Below are positions 43,282 through 50,961 of a stretch of DNA of 50,961 nt, piece after piece. Below the pieces are notes generated by a model. That model saw only the letters and a list, made by a program, of their open reading frames with translations. It searched no databases and was not told the DNA's origin. The translations under genes and the position numbers were made by a program. The stretch comes from an uncultured Subdoligranulum sp. (GTDB lineage: Bacteria > Bacillota > Clostridia > Christensenellales > CAG-314): NCBI GenBank assembly GCA_964612455.1, contig CAZTCB010000005.1, positions 1 through 50,961 of the forward strand, given 5' to 3'. Position 1 is the first letter of the stretch, and every line of letters starts with the position of its first letter.

Positions 43282-43530
43282 ATGAGCGAGGAAAAAAAGG
43301 TCGCGCGTCCCGCACGCCGTCCGATGAAGAAAAAAGTTTGCGCTTTTTGCGTGGCTAAAAAAGAGTCCATCGATTATAAAGACGTAGCCACCCTCAAAAA
43401 ATATATTACGGAAAAAGGCAAGATTTTGCCGAAACGTATGACGGGTACTTGCAGCAGACACCAGAGAGAGTTGGCTGTTGCGGTCAAGCGCGCAAGACAA
43501 ATGGCATTGCTCCCCTATATCGGAGACTAA
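43282..43530 (+). CDS. rpsR: 30S ribosomal protein S18
   Basis: CAFC...IDYKDV..LKKYI...[10 protein letters not shown]...HQREL motif series. Confidence 0.95.
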   Translation: MSEEKKVARPARRPMKKKVCAFCVAKKESIDYKDVATLKKYITEKGKILPKRMTGTCSRHQRELAVAVKRARQMALLPYIGD

Positions 43531-43541
43531 TAAAAAAGAGA

Positions 43542-43570
43542 AACACCCCCTTTGTGAGGGTGTTTTTTTT
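43542..43570 (+). terminator. Intrinsic terminator after rpsR
   Basis: AACACCC / GGGTGTT stem followed by T8. Confidence 0.8.
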
Positions 43571-43616
43571 GTTTCGTTTTGCGGATAAAATAAAAAACGA
43601 TTTTTTGATTTACCCG

Positions 43617-43645
43617 TTGCGGAAAAGCGAGAGGCATGGTATAAT
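43617..43645 (+). promoter_or_regulatory. Extended -10 promoter placed so that the sbcD-like mRNA would be leaderless
   Basis: TTGCGG 43617-43622. TGgTATAAT has its hexamer at 43640-45. The ATG at 43652 is 6 nt after the -10, and there is no SD. Confidence 0.55.
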
Positions 43646-43651
43646 TTTTTT

Positions 43652-44734
43652 ATGAAGATTTTACATTGTGCGGATATACATCTCGAGAGCAGGCTCGGCG
43701 CATTGCCACACAACAAGGCTTTGTTGCGGCGCGACGAGATACTCGAGAGCTTTTGCAACCTCGTAAGGCAATCGCAAATCAACGGTTTCGGCGCGTTTGT
43801 CGTGGCGGGGGATTTGTTTGAAGGCGACGTCGTGTCGCCCTCCACCAAGGCGTCGTTGATATCGGCGTTTAAAGACAGCCCTGACGTCGATTTTCTTGTT
43901 CTTGCCGGCAATCACGACGAGGACGCTTTCGGCGACGATTTTTTGAGGCGTCTGCCGAGTAACGTTCATTTGCTCGGGCGTGACGGAATACAGGAGTTTA
44001 TCAAGGACGGGGTATGTTTCGTTGCGGCGGACATGACCGAGACGGCAATGGCGGACGTGCAGGCGTATCCATGGCGGAGCGAGTACTACAACGTCTTTAT
44101 TTGTCACGGCGATATCGGCAAGACGGGAGAATACGGAGCGATAGACCTCGACGGTTTTTACGATTTACCGGTGGACTACGTCGCGATGGGGCACATACAT
44201 TCTTTTTACAAAGAAGGCGCGGGACGCGGTTTTGCCGCATACAGCGGTTGCCTCGAGCCGCGAGGGTACGACGAAACGGGACTGAAAGGATTTGTCCGTA
44301 TAGATACCGACGTGTTGAACCGCGACGACAGCGTTTCTTTCGTCAGGTATGCCAAACGCGTCGCATGGCAGATTAAACTCGACGTTTCGGATTGCGCGGA
44401 CAAAGCGGCGATAGCGGACAAGGCTCGGGCGGTGCTGGACGCGGGCGAAATAAGCGAATACGATATGGTTGAGTTTTATCTCGTCGGCGAAGTAGAAGAA
44501 GACTGCGTTTTTACCGAAATGCAGATAAAGAGTCGGTTGGAAGACCGCTTGTTTGACGTCAAGGTAAAGGACAAAACAAAAGTCAAGACGGATATCGAGG
44601 CGTTAAAAGTCACGCCGTCTATAAAAGCCGAGTTTTTAAGGCTTGCGGAAGAAATTTCCGACGAAGAAGAGCGCAATACCGTCGTAAGGTATGCGTTAAA
44701 CGCCCTTGGCGGCGAGGAGATAGACGAGTTATGA
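43652..44734 (+). CDS. Mre11/SbcD-family metallophosphoesterase (YhaO-like DNA repair exonuclease)
   Basis: HCADIHL, VVAGDLFE, LAGNHDE, ICHGD and MGHIHS phosphoesterase motifs. Confidence 0.88.
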   Translation: MKILHCADIHLESRLGALPHNKALLRRDEILESFCNLVRQSQINGFGAFVVAGDLFEGDVVSPSTKASLISAFKDSPDVDFLVLAGNHDEDAFGDDFLRRLPSNVHLLGRDGIQEFIKDGVCFVAADMTETAMADVQAYPWRSEYYNVFICHGDIGKTGEYGAIDLDGFYDLPVDYVAMGHIHSFYKEGAGRGFAAYSGCLEPRGYDETGLKGFVRIDTDVLNRDDSVSFVRYAKRVAWQIKLDVSDCADKAAIADKARAVLDAGEISEYDMVEFYLVGEVEEDCVFTEMQIKSRLEDRLFDVKVKDKTKVKTDIEALKVTPSIKAEFLRLAEEISDEEERNTVVRYALNALGGEEIDEL

Positions 44735-46602
44735 GGTTGCTTTCGCTTTACGTCAGGAGTTTCGGTAAACTCCGCGATTTTTCTTACGAATTTACCGACG
44801 GATTTAACGAAATAACGGAAAACAACGGATTCGGCAAGACCACTCTGGCGGCTTTTATCAAGGCGATGTTTTACGGTTACGCCAACAACAAAAAAACGGA
44901 CGTCGACCAAAACGATTTTAAACACTACCGCCCGTTAAACTCCACCGAAAAATTCGGCGGGTGGTTGCGTTTTGAACATTCGGGGCGCGAGTTTAGGGTT
45001 GAGAGATACTTTGGCTCGACGCAAAAAGAGCATACCTTTAAATTGATAGAAGAAAGCACGGGCAAAGTGTCGATGACCTATGAGGACGACAAAAAAGTAT
45101 TGGGCGTCAGACTGTTCGGTATAGACGGGGACGCTTTCGAGAGATGTCTTTATTTGCCCCAACGCGCCGTTGCGGTAGAAAACAACGACAGTTTCGTCAG
45201 TCGCTTGTCCAATCTCGCCGAAAACACGACGGAAAAAAACAATTGCCAGAAAGCCTGCAAGGCTTTGAGCGATTTTTGCCGAAACTTTAAACTCATGCGG
45301 GGAGACGGAGGCGTTATCGGCGACCTCGAGCGTAAAAAAGAAGAAAAACAACGATTGTTGAAACAGAGTCACGACGCGGAGGCGACGATAGAAAGGCTCA
45401 ATAAAAAGATTATTTTTGCCGCGCAGGAAATAGAAAAAGCCGACGTAAAAAGACAACGGGCAGAATCCGACCTTTCGCGCATCGAGGCGGAATTGGCGAA
45501 AGCGTCGTCGGCACCCATGGCAATGAGAATAGAAAGCCAATTGAAAGATAAAGAGCGGGAATACCGCTCGCTTAAAGAGCGCGCGGCAAGTATAAAGAGT
45601 CCCGTCGCGCCTCAACGCCCCACCCCGTCCCCGACGGTTTCGCTTGTCGGGCGTATGGGTATCGGTTGGTTGGTACTCGCCGTCGTTTTGGCTGTGGCGG
45701 GTATTGCGACGACCTTTTTCGTTCCGTTTGTCGGATTGCCGATGCTTGCGGCGGGTATTGTCGTTGCGATATGGCGTTTGGCAAAAGCCGACAGAGAGAA
45801 AAAGGCGGCGGAAGCACGAATAAAAGAAAACGAACGCGCGTACGAAATCGCGCGGGAGGCTTTCGACCGCGAGTGCGCCGAGGTAAACGCATCGCGCGTC
45901 GATATAGAAGGACGACTGGCGGCGATAGAAATGGCGAAAAAGGATCTTTCCGAACAACTGGCGGCAATCGCGCCTGACGGGGTAAAGACGTTGACCGACC
46001 GTTATGACCGACTCACCGTGGAAAGAGAAAACGACAAGGGCTTTATCAAGCGTCTTGCGGCGGAAATAGAAAGCAATAAAACGCAATTGGCGGAAGCGCG
46101 CAGAGAACTGTCTTTGCGCTCCGAGACTTTCGTTTTGCCGAGCGACGTCGAGGGTGAAATCGAGCGTATCGACGAGGATTTGGCTCGCGCGCGGCACAAG
46201 TACGAGTGCGCTAAAAAGGCGGGGGAACTGTTGCTGAAAGCCAAAGAAAATCTTACGGAGTCCTATTTGCCGCGCCTAAACGAAGCGTTTGTAAAAAACC
46301 TTTCCGCGCTGAGCGACGGGGTGTTGACTACGGCGACGGTCGATGCTTCTTTCGACGTAAAGATACAGCAAGAGGGGCGTTTGACCGAGACGGGGTATTT
46401 GTCTACGGGCTACCGCGAGATTTGCAATTTTGCTTTGAGACTTGCGCTCATGCAGTGCATTTACGGAAACGATTTGCCTTTTGTCGTGCTGGACGATCCT
46501 TTTGTCAATTACGACGGCCGCAACTTTTCTCTCGCGAAAAAAATGCTGACGGAACTTTCAAAAAATACGCAAGTAATATATCTGACCTGCAGAGAGAGAT
46601 AA
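44731..46602 (+). CDS. SbcC/Rad50-like (YhaN-like) AAA ATPase with a central coiled coil interrupted by a two-helix hydrophobic hairpin
   Basis: Walker A ENNGFGKTT, signature-like LSTGYRE, Walker B FVVLDDPF. Overlaps the sbcD-like stop by 4 nt. Confidence 0.85.
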   Translation: MRLLSLYVRSFGKLRDFSYEFTDGFNEITENNGFGKTTLAAFIKAMFYGYANNKKTDVDQNDFKHYRPLNSTEKFGGWLRFEHSGREFRVERYFGSTQKEHTFKLIEESTGKVSMTYEDDKKVLGVRLFGIDGDAFERCLYLPQRAVAVENNDSFVSRLSNLAENTTEKNNCQKACKALSDFCRNFKLMRGDGGVIGDLERKKEEKQRLLKQSHDAEATIERLNKKIIFAAQEIEKADVKRQRAESDLSRIEAELAKASSAPMAMRIESQLKDKEREYRSLKERAASIKSPVAPQRPTPSPTVSLVGRMGIGWLVLAVVLAVAGIATTFFVPFVGLPMLAAGIVVAIWRLAKADREKKAAEARIKENERAYEIAREAFDRECAEVNASRVDIEGRLAAIEMAKKDLSEQLAAIAPDGVKTLTDRYDRLTVERENDKGFIKRLAAEIESNKTQLAEARRELSLRSETFVLPSDVEGEIERIDEDLARARHKYECAKKAGELLLKAKENLTESYLPRLNEAFVKNLSALSDGVLTTATVDASFDVKIQQEGRLTETGYLSTGYREICNFALRLALMQCIYGNDLPFVVLDDPFVNYDGRNFSLAKKMLTELSKNTQVIYLTCRER

Positions 46603-46626
46603 AAATATCTTAAACAAAAATAAAAA

Positions 46627-46670
46627 ACGCACCCCGTGAGCGTTAAATACTCTCGGGAGTGCGTTTTGTT
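46627..46670. terminator. Bidirectional terminator between the convergent sbcC-like and flavoprotein genes
   Basis: ACGCACCCCGTGAG...CTCGGGAGTGCGT stem, A-run upstream, T-run downstream. Confidence 0.8.
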
Positions 46671-46707
46671 TTGTCGAAAAACGGGACACGGGTATCGGCG
46701 ACGTTTG

Positions 46708-47244
46708 TCAGACCTTTAATCCTGCGTTATACGCCCGAACAACGGCGTCGGTGTTTTTTATTTCGCCTTTTTCATACGCGCCCGTGCCGTAAATAACACC
46801 TTTTTCTACCGCGCCTTCTACGCAATCGGCGTACCCGCGCATACAGGCAATCGTGGTTTCCGCCGCCGCTCTGTCGGTATCCGCGCATGTGGCGATATAA
46901 TAAAACTCTTTGTTTTTTACCTCGAGCCAGCGAGCAACCGTCCGGTCGATGACGGCTTTTAACTGGGCGTCGATTGAATAAAAATACACCGGGCTGGACA
47001 ACACGAGGACGTCGGCGGCGATTATTTTGTCGAGGATTTGCGCCATGTCGTCTTTAAAAGCACATTCTCCCCCGTGGTCGCGGCAGTAGTAACAGCCGAT
47101 ACAGCAGTGGACGTCTTTTTCGGCAACGCGAATTTTTTCGACCTCGTTTCCGCTTTCTCTTGCTCCGCGCGCAAACTCGTCGCACAGGATATCCGAGTTG
47201 CCGTCTTTGCGCGGACTACCGGATAAAATCAACACTTTTTTCAT
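46708..47244 (-). CDS. Flavodoxin-like NAD(P)H-dependent FMN reductase / iron-sulfur flavoprotein family
   Basis: LILSGSPRKDGNS motif, Cys cluster CCIGCYYC...EC, SPVYF. Confidence 0.82.
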   Translation of the reverse strand: MKKVLILSGSPRKDGNSDILCDEFARGARESGNEVEKIRVAEKDVHCCIGCYYCRDHGGECAFKDDMAQILDKIIAADVLVLSSPVYFYSIDAQLKAVIDRTVARWLEVKNKEFYYIATCADTDRAAAETTIACMRGYADCVEGAVEKGVIYGTGAYEKGEIKNTDAVVRAYNAGLKV

Positions 47245-47311
47245 TTACATACTCCTTCGATACGTTTAACCGTCGTGCGAGGCGGCACGGGCGGTTGTAG
47301 GGTTTAATGCG

Positions 47312-48418
47312 CTATATTCCGTTGACGCTAAACGTGTTGACGTCGTCCCAGTTGCGACGAATAACTATCTTTACCGACAGGTCGGTGTTGTTGAAAACTA
47401 TCGACCACTGAGTGTTGCTCGTTATTTCGGTTTCGCTCGGGGTTTGCGACGACGCTTTTAACGCGTCCCATGCCGTGGTTTCGGTATGATTTCCTTCTTG
47501 TTGACTAAGGATTGTTTTGACGGCGTCGTAGCGTTCTTTTCCGTGGCCGTACATGTCGTTGCGTTGATTGGGCAATACTTTGTCGGCGTAAATAGTGTAA
47601 AAGTTGGTTACGACGTCGACGGGGGTGGCGACGAGCTCCCTCGTCGGGCTTAAACAGTCCCACTCGACGACTCTGCCGTCGCCCGAGGCGTCGTTGATAT
47701 AAAAGTGATAGTCCTTGCCGGAGGATGCCATCATGTCATACCCCTTGAGGATGTCTATTGCTTCCTGAGTGGTGGCGGCCCTGTCGAGGACGAGACGTAT
47801 TGCCATAGTCGTAAATATAGTGGCTTTTCCCGTATCCTGATGGACGGGAGTGCTGTCAACGACGAGTACGGCTATGGATACTCCTTTTTCGTTCATGCCG
47901 TCAAGGCAAATAAAGGGAGCTGTCAAAGATGACAGTTTTTTCTTGATGCTTGCCTGCGGATCGTTTGCGGATACGTTGTCAAGTGCGGCAAAGGCTATGG
48001 ATTTGTAACCTTTTTTCGGCGAGCAGTAAACGAGCATTGACGAAGTATTCTTTTTAAAATCGTAGTTGCGCCCCATGAGTTTGACTCCGTCGGTCGTCGT
48101 CATGTTGAAGGCAGTACAACCGAAAGAAGGGGCTTTGATGGACACGGGCAACAGCGGTAACGCCTCTTTGATTATTGCGTCAAACATGTCCTGATCGTCG
48201 TCTATGCCGTAATCGATGACGTCGTCGAGGTCGTAATCGTACTTGACCTCCATCGTGTAGAGATTAAAGCCGTCTTCGTACGACGTCACTTTGGTAATGC
48301 TCGATAAAGTGCTCAGACGGGACGCATATATGCCCAAAAATACAAGTACGGCGGAAAGCAACAATCCGAACAGCACTAAGAGAGACCAAACAATGGTTTT
48401 TTTGACTTTAGATGACAT
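47312..48418 (-). CDS. Membrane-anchored Ntn hydrolase of the choloylglycine hydrolase / linear amide C-N hydrolase family
   Basis: N-terminal TM helix. FGCTAF...GRNYDF places the nucleophile Cys after a pro-region. Confidence 0.78.
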   Translation of the reverse strand: MSSKVKKTIVWSLLVLFGLLLSAVLVFLGIYASRLSTLSSITKVTSYEDGFNLYTMEVKYDYDLDDVIDYGIDDDQDMFDAIIKEALPLLPVSIKAPSFGCTAFNMTTTDGVKLMGRNYDFKKNTSSMLVYCSPKKGYKSIAFAALDNVSANDPQASIKKKLSSLTAPFICLDGMNEKGVSIAVLVVDSTPVHQDTGKATIFTTMAIRLVLDRAATTQEAIDILKGYDMMASSGKDYHFYINDASGDGRVVEWDCLSPTRELVATPVDVVTNFYTIYADKVLPNQRNDMYGHGKERYDAVKTILSQQEGNHTETTAWDALKASSQTPSETEITSNTQWSIVFNNTDLSVKIVIRRNWDDVNTFSVNGI

Positions 48419-48620
48419 AATTTCCTCCTTTTTTTGCGACGGACGCGTTTTTTCGTTTGTCGTCGCGGTTACGATATATTATATTTATTTTTTATCTTTT
48501 GTCAACGTTTTTTCTTTTTTTAAAACAGAAGTCGATTTCGCCGTCGGTCAAAGACGACGGAGCAACGGCGTTGTCGGCAGGCAAAGGTTGAGCAAGGTTG
48601 AGCAGAGTTGCTTTTTTTTG

Positions 48621-48662
48621 AAAAAAAACCACCGACTCGGGGTTGTCGCCGATGCGGTGGTT
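48621..48662 (-). terminator. Intrinsic terminator of the third LRR gene
   Basis: AACCACCG / CGGTGGTT stem, with T8 on the minus strand. Confidence 0.7.
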
Positions 48663-48677
48663 TATCTTTAAATTAAG

Positions 48678-50961
48678 TTAACCTTTTTTCCAGTAGTCCG
48701 TGTATTTAAGCAAGTACGTCGCGTTTTGGGCATTGTCGGTCAGCGTGAGTTTGTAGCCGCTCGTGGCGGTGGAATAACTTGCCACAAACCAACCGTCGGG
48801 GCTTTTAAACTCGGCGCTCGTCAATGCGGAGCAATAAGCGAACGCGTTTTTGCCTATTGACGTTACCGCCGTGCCTATCGTCACCGTCGTGAGACTCGAG
48901 CAACTGTAGAAGGCGTAGTCGCCGATACTCGTTACTTTGTCCGGTATGACTATTTCTTTTAGCGACGAACAACTGTTGAAGGCAGAACCGCCTATCGTCG
49001 TTACGTTTGCGCCTATCGTTACTTCGGCGAGTTCGCTACAACCGGAAAACGCTTTTTCGCCTATCGTCTTGACGCCGCTGCCTATCGTTACTTTGGTAAT
49101 CGCCGTACGCCTGTAAAACGCGTTGTCTTCTATCGCGGTGACTTCGTCGGGGATGGTTACTGCTCCTTTGAGTGCCGTAGGGGCGTGTACTATCTTGGTT
49201 TTTGCCTTGTTGTACAATACTCCGTCTACGCTGCAAAAAGCGGTATTGTCGGCGTGTACCGATACGCTTTCGAGTGCGACGCAATCGTCTATGGCACCGC
49301 TGCCTATGGTTTTTACGGTAGCGGAAACGGTTACCGTCTTTAATCCGAGACATTGCGAAAACAGTCGCATGGGGACGTTAACGACGCCGTCGCCTATCGT
49401 CGCGGCGGTGAGGTTGGAACAACCGGAAAACGCGGGAGCGGAGTAAGAACCGGCGGTGCTTACCGATACCGCGCACCACTCGACGGAAACTAAATTTTTG
49501 CAATAACCGAAAGTTTCTTCTCCGACCTTGGTTACGCCGGAACCGACTTTTACGCTCGTAATGCTCGCGCAGCTAAAGAAAGCGTACGCGCTTATTTCCG
49601 TAACGTCGTCGGGAATGACGAGGTTGTTGACCAGCGTGCCGCCGACGTACAAATTGCCGCTGTCGTACAAAGGATTTGCGTAACGGTCGGCAAATTTAAC
49701 GGCACACCATTGAGAGATGCTGCCGACGTATATCGATACGCCGCAACCTCCGCCTATTGCGTTACTGTTCAGCTTTGCCAAGCCGGAACCTATCACTACC
49801 TTTTTGAGGACGTCGCAACCGGCAAACGCGCCTTCTCCTATTTCCGTCACGCTGTCGGGAATAGTTATTTCCTGCATGGCGGTAGTACTTCCGTAAAAAG
49901 CGTAGGCAGGCAAACTCGTTACGTTTTCGCCGATGTTTATCGTCGTCAATGCCGTACACACTCTAAACGCGGGCTTGGTTTTTGTCCCCGCATAGGTGCA
50001 AGCCGTTGCGTTCCAATTGACGGTTGTCAACGCGGAGCAGCGGATAAATGCAGAATCAGGCAGATAAACGACGTTGACGCCGACGTTGACGGTAGTGAGG
50101 GCGGTGAGCTCGTCCATTACGGTGTCGGAAATCGAAGATTTGCAGTTGATTGCGTTCCATGTGATGGTCGTCAACGAATTTGACCATGCAAACGGATTGT
50201 GCATGATATCCGTGACGCCTTCGGGAATAACGACTTCCGTAATGCCGACACTTGCGAAAGCCTGCGTGGCAATAGTCTTGACGCCTTTACCTATCGTCAG
50301 AGTCTTTGCCGACGAGCAGCCGGAAAACGCTTCCATCTCTATCGTCTCGACGTTGTCGGGAATGATTATTTCCGTCAACGCCGTACCGGCAAACGCGCCG
50401 CGGGTGATAGTCGTTAAACCTTTGGGGATAGTAATCGCCGTCAGTTTAGTGCAATCGTAAAAGGCGTATTGTTTTATCTCCGTGATTGCATCGTGGAGAT
50501 TGACGGTGGTCAGGTTTTTACATTCCCAAAAAGCCCTTTCTCCGATACTCGTTACGCTGTCGGGGAGTTTTACGCTCTTGATGTTTTCGTGGGATTTAAA
50601 GCCGCTGTCCGCTATTGTCGTTACCGGCAGATTTTGCCAGGTAGACGGTATCACGACGTCGGAGTCAGAGCAAGAACCTATGGAAACGGAATAATACTTG
50701 CCGTCGTCGCTCAGAGTAAAGACAAGCCCTTGAGAGTAGAGTTTGTCGCCGCAACGACTGCATTTGCCGTTTACGTAGTCGTGACCGCCTTTGACGGTGA
50801 GGTCGCTTAACTCTGCCTTGTTTTGGTCAAAGTATTTGCCGCAGACAGAGCAGGTGTAGTGACCTTTCGTACCGTCGCTTTCGCAGGTTGCGTCGACGGC
50901 GTTTATCCATTCGCCGTAAACGTGACCGCCTTTGACGGTGAGGTCGCTTAACTCTGTTTTG
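48678..50961 (-). CDS. BspA-type leucine-rich-repeat protein, 5'-partial (the frame stays open to the window end)
   Basis: Hand translation upstream of the ORF-track GTG at 50654 gives ...ELSDLTVKGGHVYGEW...CSVCGKYF...ELSDLTVKGGHDYVNGKCSRCG...VVIPSTWQ with no stop codon. LRR units follow downstream. Confidence 0.88.
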   Translation of the reverse strand, partial: KTELSDLTVKGGHVYGEWINAVDATCESDGTKGHYTCSVCGKYFDQNKAELSDLTVKGGHDYVNGKCSRCGDKLYSQGLVFTLSDDGKYYSVSIGSCSDSDVVIPSTWQNLPVTTIADSGFKSHENIKSVKLPDSVTSIGERAFWECKNLTTVNLHDAITEIKQYAFYDCTKLTAITIPKGLTTITRGAFAGTALTEIIIPDNVETIEMEAFSGCSSAKTLTIGKGVKTIATQAFASVGITEVVIPEGVTDIMHNPFAWSNSLTTITWNAINCKSSISDTVMDELTALTTVNVGVNVVYLPDSAFIRCSALTTVNWNATACTYAGTKTKPAFRVCTALTTINIGENVTSLPAYAFYGSTTAMQEITIPDSVTEIGEGAFAGCDVLKKVVIGSGLAKLNSNAIGGGCGVSIYVGSISQWCAVKFADRYANPLYDSGNLYVGGTLVNNLVIPDDVTEISAYAFFSCASITSVKVGSGVTKVGEETFGYCKNLVSVEWCAVSVSTAGSYSAPAFSGCSNLTAATIGDGVVNVPMRLFSQCLGLKTVTVSATVKTIGSGAIDDCVALESVSVHADNTAFCSVDGVLYNKAKTKIVHAPTALKGAVTIPDEVTAIEDNAFYRRTAITKVTIGSGVKTIGEKAFSGCSELAEVTIGANVTTIGGSAFNSCSSLKEIVIPDKVTSIGDYAFYSCSSLTTVTIGTAVTSIGKNAFAYCSALTSAEFKSPDGWFVASYSTATSGYKLTLTDNAQNATYLLKYTDYWKKG

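Noticed and set aside
44935-46197. A 420-aa ORF antisense to the sbcC-like gene.
   Set aside because: R/F/L-rich, low-complexity composition is typical of the reverse frame of an E/K-rich coiled-coil gene. It has no SD, and the sense strand carries clear Walker and signature motifs.
1-50961. Prophage, transposon or integrative element content, and tRNA or rRNA genes.
   Set aside because: No integrase, transposase, phage structural or tRNA-like sequences (no GGTTCGAATCC-type T-arms) were recognised on either strand. The accessory-looking genes (LRR proteins, pilin-like gene) are not flanked by recognisable mobility genes.

Overview
Origin-proximal chromosomal segment of a Bacillota (Firmicutes)-type genome with moderate GC. 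Gene content, left to right: a marR-MATE pair and cvpA. Then dnaA on the minus strand, facing dnaN-rpmH-rnpA-yidD-yidC-jag-mnmE-mnmG-rsmG-parA-parB-metG-gltX, all on the plus strand. Then an orphan type IV pilin-like gene, rsmA, and a tightly packed five-gene cluster led by a degenerate release-factor paralog and an SF1 helicase. Then two small lipoproteins, tetR, an rlmI-like methyltransferase and an M23 peptidase. Then three large BspA-type leucine-rich-repeat (LRR) proteins (two with lipoboxes; the last is cut by the window edge), hpt, a Sel1-repeat protein and rpsF-ssb-rpsR. Finally an sbcD/sbcC-like (yhaO/yhaN-like) pair, a flavoprotein and a membrane-anchored Ntn hydrolase. I recognised no tRNA, rRNA, CRISPR array, transposase, integrase or phage genes. 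Four signals stand out. (1) Perfect 34-bp inverted repeats bracket a 213-bp ORF-free segment that carries a near-consensus promoter aimed at the pilin-like gene. This is a candidate invertible switch, and a related copy plus a roughly 200-bp conserved module sits at the window start. (2) A 1.6-kb AT-rich gene-free island carries eight parS-type 16-bp palindromes. (3) An RF1-like GGQ protein lacks the stop-codon recognition elements and is driven by a perfect consensus promoter. It is followed at gaps of 22 nt or less by an SF1 helicase with a novel N-terminus, a coiled-coil protein, a GLUG-like membrane protein and a small membrane protein. (4) dnaA is uncoupled from dnaN. All functional calls come from motif recognition by eye on the supplied ORF translations and the raw sequence. 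No database search or folding program was run.
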